A DNA stretch of 64,000 nucleotides from a virus. Lineage: Duplodnaviria; Caudoviricetes. Below are positions 34,901 to 43,981 of this stretch, piece after piece. Made by a program: the position numbers and the translations under genes. The DNA lies in IMG/VR virus record IMGVR_UViG_3300007770_000001; one strand, written 5' to 3'. How positions within the stretch are numbered: position 1 is the first letter of the stretch; every line of letters begins with the position of its first letter. Below the pieces are notes generated by a model, which was not told the origin of the DNA, ran no database searches, and saw only the letters and a program-made list of their open reading frames with translations.

Positions 34901-37248
34901 AGCTGTTCCCCTCGGATGCCGACTACGCCTACGCATTCCCCCACGAATGGATGCCTCGTCTCGGGCGTCAGGATATCCCCTTCCACCAGACCACAGGAAC
35001 CACAGGTCCAGTCTTCTACGGGGTGAATCACCTCTTCGGAGACTCCCAGACGAGCTCGGATGATGTGTTCCGCGTCCTCGGAGGCCAGGACTCCAACTCC
35101 GCAGTGGAGTCCCTCTTCTTCCAGACGGGAACCACCTCGGGGCGTGTGTATGGCGAGTACTTCGCCATGGGAGGCTCAGCCGCCGGCTACCAGGCTCGGA
35201 TCTACGAGGACGTGAATGTCCACTCCTCGGATGTCCCCAGGGGTCTGAAGGGCATCCAGCTGCCCCCGTTCCTGGGCATCGCTCGGATCTATGGAGTCTA
35301 TGACCTTCGGGAGTTCTCGGGACAGGGAGCCTGGGATGCCGATCGCGTGACCCTGAACACTTCGGGAGGGCGGCCTGCCAACCTTCTCCGTGACGACCAG
35401 GACAAGCAGACCCTGTTCATCGTCCCTGGCGGGGGCTCCGATGTCACTGGGGACGAGGACGACCACACCTACGTGATCCCCAACACCCTCATCGACGTCC
35501 GGCGCTCTGGACAGTATGTGGCGGGGGAGACCTTCGATGACCTCGAGTTCGTAGTTGAGTGTGTTGTCTTCGGGTTCGCTCGGGGCTTCATCACCAAGAA
35601 CAACTATGTCTTGGCCCGTCGGAATCTTCCCACGGGAGTGGATCCCATCGCAACCTCTTCTGCTGTTGCGGGGCAGGTTTCCTGTATTCTCCCTTTGCCC
35701 CTGCCCTACAATGAGCAGGCATACATCGCCTATGATCGCACGGTCTACCAGGGCGACCCCTACATGACTCGGGATGGGGCGACCAAGACAACTTCCGACT
35801 ACGAGAACCGCTACGGGATGATCCCTTCCTCCAGCTCCGCAGAGCTCGGGACAGCCATCCAGCAGTTCGATAGCTCCAACGACTACGCCCAGGTCCCTGA
35901 GACTCTGAACGCCCGTGGGTTCGAAGTCCTGGCCTCCGCCGACTTCTACACGACTCTCGGGACGGGCAAGGTCGGGGGTCGGATCTACTCGGGAACGTTC
36001 TTGGATATCGGTGTCGTGTCCTCATCAACACGAATCGCGGCGAGCGCCAGCGACCCCTTGTGGCAGCCCCAGGCCCGAGCCCTCACCGAAGGCCAGGCTC
36101 TGAGCGCCGCCCGGGCAGTCCTGGAGATCGAGGTTCTCACGGATAGCGCAGCTTCCGTAGGCGAGGCGATCGTCTTGGAGAGAGGAACCAAGACGAACAC
36201 TCTGGTATCGAATACGGCCTTCTCAGGAGCCACCCCGGAACTGGTCGCCCAGTCCCTCGTTGGGGCCATCAACTCCTCGGACTTCGCTGCAAGTACTGCC
36301 CAGGTCCGCGCGTACTGGAACGGTGGTCGGGTCTGCTCTCTGGTGTCGATGATCCCAGGAGCCGAAGGGAACGAGACCCACGTGAGAATGGTCCCCGCTT
36401 CCACACGGGCCGTTACAGGGTTCCGAATCCATGCCCGGGGCTCCTTGTCCCAGCAGGCTCTCTCTACGATCACCGGGTCGAACCTCATCGGAGGAGTGGA
36501 TTCTCCGATGAATGGTCGGGATGGTTCTCTGGCGACGACTCCAGTCCGGATGGCTGGCCTCATCGAGCGCCTCCCCTTGGGGATTCTCCTGCAGGACTCG
36601 GACTTCGTCGGTGAGGATCCTCTCCAGAACGGATCGAGTTCCCTTTGGGTCAATCTGAGTGGAGGGGCGGTCTCGGCAACCTCCCTGACTCCTCTCTCTG
36701 GAGACTCCGAGTACGGGCGTGTCGAGGGTTCGGGGCAGATCGCCATGGCAGACGGCGCCATCCTCGAGTACACGGCATGGACCCTTGCCCAGCCTACGGG
36801 AACCAAGAGCTTCCGCCTGTTCCGCGGAGGGGGCTCGGCTTGGGTCATCGACCCAAGCCCCGTGGGAGGCCCTGCAGACTGGTCTGCGGGAGGCTTCGAC
36901 GAGGGCTCTCAGCCCGTGCTGAAGGGCGCGCTCTTGGCTGGCCGGGCCTACTTGGTCCGGAACTTCCCCGAGACGGCCTACACGGGCTCAGACACTCGCT
37001 CGCACGGCTCCGAAATCCAGATGGTCATCTGCACCAACGGGATCTTGGGTCTCGGCCCTCTCTGCAACAAGGGCTATGACCTCAAGGGTCAGATCTCTCC
37101 CACCGGCTACGGAGAGGGCTTGGCTGCCGCTGATCGGTATCTCCTCGAAGGCCGGCCCATGTCCCGAGGACCTCGCGTGAGTGCCTCGACGACAGGAGAG
37201 TTGGCTCCCTTCCCGGGGATGGACGCGGCTGCTGATGATGGCTGCTGA
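31909..37248 (+). CDS. Giant tail/baseplate-associated virion protein, 1779 aa
   Basis: TAATG coupling; paralogous blocks with 23188 gene. Confidence 0.8.
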   Translation: MAMNFGNGVSRTLSAADRGYAVVVWQVDKPPLDSEFNLAAQAAWEREANAVRAQMPSGFLLDPFQSDADYVTDENWSNWLQLGRPAAGDQTPVLWANVNGWLIPVAGSNATDLSNRINLWNPPTTDARTDFIFLEVWLSLVAPNPSTVNKPSASTIYKYGNTEFGGTNIADDLMDPNIGIETSERVQIQYRLRVVGQGAGLGSSVDLTTYPDGLGDPNVLAQGNATAPQAGLSYVNMGETLGDPGLWRAGDGDSTNALATVDGYSYAIPVCGIFRRNTSSFVARTTSGNANQNGALDRNPSSTTPTTPVEATRTFTEVTLTSAIDETATGAVQVDGLASSGLDNSDIDWDSTFLVIDGEIIYIESVSTATTPGTITIRATEGRGRNGTQAAPHDAGVSVQFYNFRPDGKFSDQILPDDILDLRRGVQAGDWDYKALLAHNLGKLFENTLKSAFKQAGPSDTQGPVVFEVDTLHANSATSTPNQTEALDGPDGIREVFSDASVLQSNVSIILNPEIGSGGSAVVISDFTSDATSWGPAAEFVPDGFQPDGGGWDNQTIIHLYIGGATGSGGARATVRGSENKIVRFISPREHWLTRDEIETDAGIGVSGNQYPFLFRLLEEGWGDPAGADEPAVQHPGPMFPLPEYNFERPFIVLGGSVNSLLASSTAEAVATGSSPAGFSLVRFSGLDFDTPGDWFPTGDVSSLSPEGVTNTLLHGQRNLFDMVTNGGRDRSGASSELYLVLEGDLTTPANNGVWRVIGAGTAGYTTVDGATAEDLVVERVGVGANVLVAGTSLTASVRSQYTHTEDGTVAGESAAVVVLTDLGGAVGGLTYPWDSLTSLPSVSQAVLDTTIQYNPSRGGTARVANKVRRVAMVGVDSAELVREAPTGIDTSFDSQAGIPEGEIYFPFSHVQTWNRLPSLGLSAPRAPAYGNSSYFGEYRREAEAFVDAGSKTLVLRPFQRTDLTLVRYRATAGATDRFFPDTYTAGASAGTSVDGGQLFPSDADYAYAFPHEWMPRLGRQDIPFHQTTGTTGPVFYGVNHLFGDSQTSSDDVFRVLGGQDSNSAVESLFFQTGTTSGRVYGEYFAMGGSAAGYQARIYEDVNVHSSDVPRGLKGIQLPPFLGIARIYGVYDLREFSGQGAWDADRVTLNTSGGRPANLLRDDQDKQTLFIVPGGGSDVTGDEDDHTYVIPNTLIDVRRSGQYVAGETFDDLEFVVECVVFGFARGFITKNNYVLARRNLPTGVDPIATSSAVAGQVSCILPLPLPYNEQAYIAYDRTVYQGDPYMTRDGATKTTSDYENRYGMIPSSSSAELGTAIQQFDSSNDYAQVPETLNARGFEVLASADFYTTLGTGKVGGRIYSGTFLDIGVVSSSTRIAASASDPLWQPQARALTEGQALSAARAVLEIEVLTDSAASVGEAIVLERGTKTNTLVSNTAFSGATPELVAQSLVGAINSSDFAASTAQVRAYWNGGRVCSLVSMIPGAEGNETHVRMVPASTRAVTGFRIHARGSLSQQALSTITGSNLIGGVDSPMNGRDGSLATTPVRMAGLIERLPLGILLQDSDFVGEDPLQNGSSSLWVNLSGGAVSATSLTPLSGDSEYGRVEGSGQIAMADGAILEYTAWTLAQPTGTKSFRLFRGGGSAWVIDPSPVGGPADWSAGGFDEGSQPVLKGALLAGRAYLVRNFPETAYTGSDTRSHGSEIQMVICTNGILGLGPLCNKGYDLKGQISPTGYGEGLAAADRYLLEGRPMSRGPRVSASTTGELAPFPGMDAAADDGC

Positions 37249-37291
37249 ATGAGGCGTCCCCGGTAACTCCTCTCTGAGAACCGGAGACGTC

Positions 37292-37732
37292 TTGAATCCC
37301 AATCCGATCCCTGTGGCCTCTGTCCAGAACACGCGTTTGGGAGAGCTCTCGGCGGCCCTTCGGTCGGGAGAGTTCACGCAGACTTCTCAGGCCCTGAAGA
37401 GGAAGCTTCTGGACGGAACCTACGCTCACTGTGTCCTCGGCGTCGCCTGCGAGATCGCAGATATCGAGACCCTCTCCTGGGAAGATGGAGAGGGGGATAC
37501 ACTCAACCTTCGGGAGAAGGGCGGGGAGGCTCGGGTCTCTGTCCCTCCCCTGTCTGTTCAGGACCACTACGGGTTCACCCACGCCCAGGGGTTCCGGGTC
37601 ACTATCGACAGGTATCCTCAGCTGCTGAAGGTGGGCCGAGGACCTACCTTCCTTCTGGCGACCCTGAACGACTACGGAGTCCCATTCGAGGTCCTGGCAG
37701 ACCTCATTGATGACTTCCGGGAGAGGAGCTGA
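37292..37732 (+). CDS. Hypothetical protein (HCVLGVAC motif)
   Basis: GGAG RBS, TTG start. Confidence 0.7.
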   Translation: MNPNPIPVASVQNTRLGELSAALRSGEFTQTSQALKRKLLDGTYAHCVLGVACEIADIETLSWEDGEGDTLNLREKGGEARVSVPPLSVQDHYGFTHAQGFRVTIDRYPQLLKVGRGPTFLLATLNDYGVPFEVLADLIDDFRERS

Positions 37733-38610
37733 TGGGACATCCTCGTGCCAAGGGGACAATCCCCTCTGAGGTGGTGTTCTTCCTCCGGAAGCGTCCTGTT
37801 CTGAAGCGAGGGACTGCGGTCTATCCCGCCTTCCCAGTGCCTCCTCACCTGGTTGCTCGTCAGAGCGGGACCTACCACAACGCTGTTAGTTGGGCGCGAG
37901 GCCCTCGTTTCCAAGATCCTTTGGTCCCTCGATCCTGGACTGAGCCGGCTTCTGTCCGTCTCCAGAACATCCCTCGAAGTGGTTATCGGCTGGCTGGATT
38001 CGAGACTCGTTCCGAAGGCGGAACGGCCTGGAAGGTGGTCACTCCCCAGGGTCATCTGGTGGATCTCCGGAGTGATGTGTTCCTTCCGATCCTCATGTCT
38101 CGGGGGGTTCCTGCAGATGGGTTCCTTGACGCCACACTTCAGTGGTGCCAGAACGGGAGCCAGCTGCGTCTGGAAGAGGTGGGTACGGAGGCCCACTCCC
38201 GCTACCGCCCCGTCGGAGAGCCTGAAGCGCCGATTCAGAAGTTCCGGCCCAAGGACCTGGTTGTCGGGGGTTGGTACGAGGCCAAGATCAGCGGATGCTG
38301 TGTCCCTCACATCTATGTGGGCCGGGTCAAGAAGATGGCCTCCACTTTCGAGGCATCCCCCAAGAAGAGATTCGCTTGGCTAATGCTCCCCACCCATGTC
38401 GGGAACTTCGCTGAGTTTCGGGATTGGTGGTCCTCCTGCGGAGCGAGAGTTACCAATCCGGTCGCGGTCCTCCGAGTGACTTCCTCGGTTATCGCTGTGT
38501 CGAGCAAAAACATCAACACCGGATTCACCCATCTGAATCTGGAGCCTTGGGTTCACTGGGAGGACGGACAGGGCTACCAACTCGATCGCACCCGTTACAT
38601 CTGGCCGTAG
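37732..38610 (+). CDS. Hypothetical protein, tandem paralog A
   Basis: Collinear with 38611..39438. Confidence 0.78.
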   Translation: MGHPRAKGTIPSEVVFFLRKRPVLKRGTAVYPAFPVPPHLVARQSGTYHNAVSWARGPRFQDPLVPRSWTEPASVRLQNIPRSGYRLAGFETRSEGGTAWKVVTPQGHLVDLRSDVFLPILMSRGVPADGFLDATLQWCQNGSQLRLEEVGTEAHSRYRPVGEPEAPIQKFRPKDLVVGGWYEAKISGCCVPHIYVGRVKKMASTFEASPKKRFAWLMLPTHVGNFAEFRDWWSSCGARVTNPVAVLRVTSSVIAVSSKNINTGFTHLNLEPWVHWEDGQGYQLDRTRYIWP

Positions 38611-39438
38611 ATGCGCGCCAAGGGATTCATCCCCTCCCGTGTGGTGTTCTTCATCAGAGATCGGAGACCCGTCCCGAACGGGGTGCCTTATCGTCCTGCG
38701 TTCGCCTTGGCGTACCATACGGTTGAGATCCAAGGGGGAATGTGGAACCGAGCACGTTCTTGGGCATGGGAAGATCGCTGGGGCACCCCCAGCCCAGAAA
38801 CCGTAGTCGTAGAGAACCCTCCGAAGACTGGCTACTCGGTTGTAGGGATGTCCTCCCTGAAGAGAGGGCGGAACTGGAAGGTGGTCACGCCTGAAGGGTT
38901 CCTGGTCCCTCTACAGGAGGATGTTTTCGCCCAACTGGTTCTCAATCATGGGATCGGGATGAGAGGGAGAGTTCCTGTTCCTCTCCAATGGTGCCAGAGC
39001 AGTTCGGCTCTCCGTCTTGAGATCGTTGGCTCCGAGGAGCACCAGAGGTACAATCCGAGGGACATGAGTTCTGTAGATCCTCTTGAGTTGCAACTTCCGG
39101 CCTGTGAGCTCCAGAAGGGATCCTGGTACCGAGTAGGCTTCTTGGGCAACAGCATCTATGCGGGCCGTTTCCAGAAGAAGGGCTATGGATCCAGCTACTA
39201 TTACGTTTGGATAGACATCCCTTCCAGCATCAAGACCGCGGAGGAGGTGTCGGTTTGGTTGGTCTCTCTGTGTGAGACTCCAGAGACAGCTCTGGTTATC
39301 GTTACCGAGAGGCCCAGAGCCCGAGGAGCCTTGGGATACTCCACCATGCTTCCGCTGGACCCCTTCCTGGAAAAAGGGGTCTGGAAGAACGGGAACCGTA
39401 TCCCAATGGATCGAGAGGATTTCATCCCGTGTATCTGA
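38611..39438 (+). CDS. Hypothetical protein, tandem paralog B
   Basis: RAKGxIPSxVVFF, WKVVTPxG, LQWCQ, YxGR shared with A. Confidence 0.78.
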   Translation: MRAKGFIPSRVVFFIRDRRPVPNGVPYRPAFALAYHTVEIQGGMWNRARSWAWEDRWGTPSPETVVVENPPKTGYSVVGMSSLKRGRNWKVVTPEGFLVPLQEDVFAQLVLNHGIGMRGRVPVPLQWCQSSSALRLEIVGSEEHQRYNPRDMSSVDPLELQLPACELQKGSWYRVGFLGNSIYAGRFQKKGYGSSYYYVWIDIPSSIKTAEEVSVWLVSLCETPETALVIVTERPRARGALGYSTMLPLDPFLEKGVWKNGNRIPMDREDFIPCI

Positions 39439-39713
39439 ACGATCATGACTCCCCCAGTCAGGCTCTCCTGGAACACCCCTCGGGAGACTGCCAGAGCCCT
39501 GACCCTGGCGTTGTTCCGCAAATCGACAACGCCTTCGATGAGTGGTTCCTGGAGGATATAAACCAAACGATCGGCTTCATATCCGATCTGGTCCAGATCT
39601 CTCTTCTCGGCTCGTTCTGCGGCCTGGTATGGGGGACCCCAGGCGCGGTAATAGGGGCTATCTCCGGCTACTTGATCTCCAAGCTCACCTGCCGTCTCCT
39701 CCTATTCATCTGA
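39429..39713 (+). CDS. Small membrane protein with Gly-rich hydrophobic C-terminus
   Basis: LLGSFCGLVWGTPGAVIGAISGYLI. Confidence 0.55.
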   Translation: MYLNDHDSPSQALLEHPSGDCQSPDPGVVPQIDNAFDEWFLEDINQTIGFISDLVQISLLGSFCGLVWGTPGAVIGAISGYLISKLTCRLLLFI

Positions 39714-39720
39714 GGTTCCT

Positions 39721-39996
39721 GTGACTCGTTGGGCCAGAGCAGTCAGCACTTCTCTCATCGTTCTGCTGGGAGGATTCGCGGTGGTCATCCCTACCGAGAT
39801 CAACGCCCCAAAGCCGGATACGGCCCTGGTGGCGTTCCGGTGTGAGAACGCGTGCTATCCCTTCGCGGATATGCCGAAGCGGGTTGGGGGAGTCCTCACC
39901 TGCTTCTGCGCCCATCCGGACAGCGTGGTGGGGGAACCCACTTGGGTTCCCCTCCCTCTACCGCCTCTCTCAGAAGAGGACGTCCAAGTCCCGTAG
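39721..39996 (+). CDS. Small secreted/membrane Cys-containing protein
   Basis: N-terminal hydrophobic helix; CENAC...TCFC. Confidence 0.6.
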   Translation: MTRWARAVSTSLIVLLGGFAVVIPTEINAPKPDTALVAFRCENACYPFADMPKRVGGVLTCFCAHPDSVVGEPTWVPLPLPPLSEEDVQVP

Positions 39997-40260
39997 GGCA
40001 GCCTCGGTAGCGAGCATCGCCGGGAGAACGCGCTCCCCGGGGATCATGTCGGTGGGCGTCCCGTCGTACTCTCCGTGGAGCTGGGTGATCTGTCCATGCG
40101 GACTCTCCCACTCGCCGTCGATGCCGTACTTGCCGTGGATCACCTCAGCGGTGGTCTGTCCATCAAGGGAGACGAACTGCCAGTTCTCCCCCGTCCAGAA
40201 CCAACCTTCCCGCTCCAGACTGCCTTCGGCCGCTGCGATTTCCAATTCCAGGATATTCAT
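39970..40260 (-). CDS. Hypothetical acidic protein, 96 aa
   Basis: AGGAGG RBS and class I motif. Confidence 0.75.
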   Translation of the reverse strand: MNILELEIAAAEGSLEREGWFWTGENWQFVSLDGQTTAEVIHGKYGIDGEWESPHGQITQLHGEYDGTPTDMIPGERVLPAMLATEAALRDLDVLF

Positions 40261-40276
40261 TTGACCTCCTGCTAAG

Positions 40277-40304
40277 GTTACGTCACATCCTCATACAGGG
40301 AAAC
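40277..40304 (-). promoter_or_regulatory. Class I promoter-like motif GTTTCC-N13-TGACGTAAC
   Basis: Same spacing; upstream of 39970..40260. Confidence 0.75.
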
Positions 40305-40318
40305 CGGTAGAGAGTTCT

Positions 40319-41122
40319 ATGACTGATCTTGTCGCGTACCGGAAGTCCGTTGTCACCCCTGACGTAGCCGAGGCCCTCCGCAAGCTGGAGCTTGCCGGCG
40401 CAGAGCGGGGTGGTATCCGGATTCAATACCAGGGAGTCCCTCGAGGGGATGCCTCTTGGGAGGGGGTCTCGAAGGGTCCTGGACCAACAGGACTTCCGCC
40501 TCATCTGTCCATGCGCCCATCCGGACGCGAAGTCTACCTCTCGGTGTCCTTCCTGGAAGGCTCCGGAGACAGGTTTGGAGAACTCGCCGTCCTCTGGGGG
40601 TTGGCGGTTCCTCTGGGGTTCATGCCATGGGATCGCTATCCTGTCCCGAGCCCTACGGACCGAGTGTTCCACTATCTCGGCCCTTGGTCCCTGGTAGGGG
40701 ACTCCCTGCAAGGTGAGGGGAAGGGGGAGCTCGTGTGGCCTTCTATCTGCTCTGCTGCTCAGATAGAAGTCGGCACATGGTCCGGAAGGAATCTCCTCGA
40801 GAGAACAGTCCAGTCCCACCTACATCGGCTGGGTGTCAACTGTGGCCCCGTCGATGGCCTGGTCGGGGAGAGGACCCTTCGCGCTCTGAGGGCCTTGGGT
40901 CTCGGAGGGACTCCTCTCCATGAAGTAGTCGGGGCTCTACCGCGTCTCCAACCCCCTGGGACATCCCAAACCTCTACCAGGACAGCCAACCTGACCGTCC
41001 CTCGAGGCCTCTCGTTAGAGGCGTATCCCTCAGGAGACCTCGAGGTAGCTCGATCCCACACTGGGATGGCTATCACGGTAGGAGGGAAAGGGAAGCTGAC
41101 CATTCTCTTCCGGGAGTCCTGA
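40319..41122 (+). CDS. Peptidoglycan-binding domain protein
   Basis: VQSHLHRLG...GPVDGLVGERTLRAL. Confidence 0.7.
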   Translation: MTDLVAYRKSVVTPDVAEALRKLELAGAERGGIRIQYQGVPRGDASWEGVSKGPGPTGLPPHLSMRPSGREVYLSVSFLEGSGDRFGELAVLWGLAVPLGFMPWDRYPVPSPTDRVFHYLGPWSLVGDSLQGEGKGELVWPSICSAAQIEVGTWSGRNLLERTVQSHLHRLGVNCGPVDGLVGERTLRALRALGLGGTPLHEVVGALPRLQPPGTSQTSTRTANLTVPRGLSLEAYPSGDLEVARSHTGMAITVGGKGKLTILFRES

Positions 41123-41124
41123 CT

Positions 41125-41736
41125 GTGAAGCCATGGCGCCAAAACCTCGGCCCTCCATCTGCGTGTACTATCGGGGGAGACTGCATCTTCGACGAGGTGG
41201 ACAAGGGCGCTCAGGAGATCGAGCAGAAATGGCGGACCCTCGCCCGTCGATGGCCGTCGGTAGCTACAGGATCCGTGTCTCGTTTGTTCGGGCTTGGGAC
41301 CCCCCTCGTGGATGTCGAGTGGCTCCTGGAGGTTCTCTTCTCTCCTCCCCGGACCTGGCCCATGGGCCTCACCGAAGACGAGATCGAGATCCTCAAGATT
41401 GCAACGGCGGTTGCCCAGTACGTGTCGTTCGGAGCCCGTGGCGCCCAGGCTACTCCCGGCTCAGATGAGAACACCCTCCTGGCAATGAAGAAGCTGGCCG
41501 CCCTGTTCCGCAAGAACATCGCTGTCCCTATGTACCGAGAGTACGACAAGGGTGTCCAGAGAGCCGGTGCTCGGATCGCCCCTCTATGTCCTGATCTCTA
41601 CGACGAGTCCTGTACTGTCGAGGACGCCAAGGGTATCTTCCAAGGGGATATGCAGAGGGGGTGGAGGGCTTCCACCTTGCGGGTTCGTCCTGAGACCCAG
41701 AAGGTTCTCCCCCTGTTTTGGGATTGGCTCAGCTGA
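41125..41736 (+). CDS. Hypothetical protein, 203 aa
   Basis: Operon-packed ORF, typical codon bias. Confidence 0.65.
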   Translation: MKPWRQNLGPPSACTIGGDCIFDEVDKGAQEIEQKWRTLARRWPSVATGSVSRLFGLGTPLVDVEWLLEVLFSPPRTWPMGLTEDEIEILKIATAVAQYVSFGARGAQATPGSDENTLLAMKKLAALFRKNIAVPMYREYDKGVQRAGARIAPLCPDLYDESCTVEDAKGIFQGDMQRGWRASTLRVRPETQKVLPLFWDWLS

Positions 41737-41778
41737 ACCTCTGCGGACCCGGTAACTCCAGAGAGAGGTCTGGTTCGG

Positions 41779-43560
41779 TTGCTCCAAGAGGTCTATGCGA
41801 AGCTGAAGAAGGTTCGGGACAAGGAGGATCTCAACCTCCCACCGAACCCGTTTCTGCGTAAAGAGATCAAGAGGCCGGGTCGAGACCCGATCCAGTTCAA
41901 GCTGCGCAACTATCAGAAGCAGATGGTGGTGCACCTCCTCTGTATGAACCGCTTCGTGGTGGGGGATGATACTGGTCTCGGGAAGACGATTGAGACCATC
42001 GCTGCCCTGTGTTACGTCTGGATCAACAATCCGGATACCAAAGCGGTCATCCTAACCAAAAAGAGCTCGGTCCCTCAGTGGTACTCCGAGTTCGAGAGGT
42101 TCACCAAGGGGGTCAAGGTCATCCTCTGTGTGGGAGGTCCCAAGAAGCGGGCCAAGCTCCAAGAGGAGTGGGAGAACAGCACCGGACCTACCGTCCTCAT
42201 TCAGGGCTACTCCTCGGCGTGTAACGACTTCGCGAGGATGCACAAATGGGAGGACTACACTCTCATTTGTGACGAGGCAACGGTGTTCAAGACCCCAACC
42301 ACGCGGGTCCACCGAGTCTGCAAACACCTAAGTGCTCAGGCTCTCCGTTGCTGGGGTCTCACCGCAACCCTCATCAAGAACAACCTGATGGAAGGGTACG
42401 GCATCTATCGGGTGGTGGTCCCTACCCTGTTCAAGATGACCGCTAACACATTCATGAATCGGTTTTGCATCGTACAGATGAACCGAGTCGCGAGGAACCG
42501 CAGAGTTCCCCAGATTGTAGGGTACAGACCCGAACAGCTTGAGGACTTCCGAGACTCCATCGATCCGTTCTATCTGGGCCGACCGAAGCACGCTGTCGCT
42601 GATGACCTCCCTGTGTTGGAGTCCCGAGACGTCACGGTAGGCCTCACCAAGTTCCAGCACACCAAGTACCAGGAATCCTTGGGTGGGCTCCTTGAGTACG
42701 GAGACGGAGGTGAGCGGGAGGTCAGCCATCTCACCGCCCTCATCTACTGCCAGGAGATCGTAAACCATCCGGGCCTCATCAGCTTCCCAGACTACCCTTC
42801 CGAGAAGCTGGATGCCCTGGTAGATCTCCTGTCTGGAGGATCGGAGCTTGAGGGCGAGAAGGTCATCGTGTTCACCCGGTTCTCTACCATGGTGGGGATC
42901 GCCCGCGCCGCTCTGGAGAAGAAGGGCATCAAGTGCACCCAGGTGACAGGCGCTGAGGGAGAGAAGCAGCGCAAGGACGCGATGGACGCGTTCCAGAATC
43001 CCAAGGACCCGACCAAGGTCATCTTCATCACGATGGCGGGTGGGGATGCGATCAACCTCCAGACCGCCAAGGCCCTGATCTTCTACGACACCCCTTGGTC
43101 TGCAGGGGACTACATCCAGATCCTTGGTCGGATGATCCGCATCGGAAGTCTGCACGACCGGGTCTTCGCGATCCACCTCATCGCGCGGAACACCATTGAC
43201 GAGCATGTCCAGAAGGTGATGCACAAGAAGAAGGAGCTCATCGAGAAGGTCCTTGGCGAGCGTCTGCGGGGAGAGAAGGGCGGAGACGTCATGTATGCTG
43301 CGGGTTCCGAGACCAAGAACCTGTTCGACGCGATGGTTGCCGACGCCCAGAGCAAGACAGGGACATCCAGATTCACTCCTCAGAAGACCACCCGGAGACC
43401 GAAGTACCCCAAGAAGGGAACCACGGCTCCCGCAGTCCCCAAGAAGAAATCTCCTCCCAAGAAGGCGCGACGCCCTTCCCCCAAGGATATCCGTGTCCCT
43501 GGACCCGATTCGGATATGTCCGAAGATTTCAAGCCCCGCACGGTAGGCTTCAAGATATGA
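41779..43560 (+). CDS. SNF2-family helicase
   Basis: LRNYQ, GDDTGLGKT, LICDEA, WGLTAT, KVIVFTRF, AGGDAINLQ, QILGRMIRIG. Confidence 0.92.
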   Translation: MLQEVYAKLKKVRDKEDLNLPPNPFLRKEIKRPGRDPIQFKLRNYQKQMVVHLLCMNRFVVGDDTGLGKTIETIAALCYVWINNPDTKAVILTKKSSVPQWYSEFERFTKGVKVILCVGGPKKRAKLQEEWENSTGPTVLIQGYSSACNDFARMHKWEDYTLICDEATVFKTPTTRVHRVCKHLSAQALRCWGLTATLIKNNLMEGYGIYRVVVPTLFKMTANTFMNRFCIVQMNRVARNRRVPQIVGYRPEQLEDFRDSIDPFYLGRPKHAVADDLPVLESRDVTVGLTKFQHTKYQESLGGLLEYGDGGEREVSHLTALIYCQEIVNHPGLISFPDYPSEKLDALVDLLSGGSELEGEKVIVFTRFSTMVGIARAALEKKGIKCTQVTGAEGEKQRKDAMDAFQNPKDPTKVIFITMAGGDAINLQTAKALIFYDTPWSAGDYIQILGRMIRIGSLHDRVFAIHLIARNTIDEHVQKVMHKKKELIEKVLGERLRGEKGGDVMYAAGSETKNLFDAMVADAQSKTGTSRFTPQKTTRRPKYPKKGTTAPAVPKKKSPPKKARRPSPKDIRVPGPDSDMSEDFKPRTVGFKI

Positions 43561-43567
43561 GGCACCC

Positions 43568-43981
43568 ATGACCCTACGCAAAATAGAAGACCTGGAAGAG
43601 TACCGGAAGCAACGGGGGGCGGGCACGCTTCCTCCGGCAGAGGATTCCTGGAAGACACCCCAGACACAGCCCCTGAAGGACGCACTTCCCTCCGTGGAGC
43701 CCCTCACGGATCTGGACATCCTTCATCTGTGGACTCTGATCGCGGAAGCTCACGACTCGGTCTCCGTGCCTGAGCCCCAGACAGGTGTTCTGGCCCTGGA
43801 GAAGATCACCAAGGAGTCTGCTCGCCTGATGCAAGAAGCGCCGGAGGCCCTGGCTCGGGCTCTCACGGATCTGGACGAGCTTCGGATTCGCTACGACGCT
43901 CTCTTGGCCTATGTCCGATACAAGGCCCCCAGAGACGCCAGGGCAATGCATGTTCTAAAGGCTGTCACCCAGGGTGAGTGA
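43568..43981 (+). CDS. Hypothetical protein
   Basis: GAGG RBS, packed. Confidence 0.65.
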   Translation: MTLRKIEDLEEYRKQRGAGTLPPAEDSWKTPQTQPLKDALPSVEPLTDLDILHLWTLIAEAHDSVSVPEPQTGVLALEKITKESARLMQEAPEALARALTDLDELRIRYDALLAYVRYKAPRDARAMHVLKAVTQGE

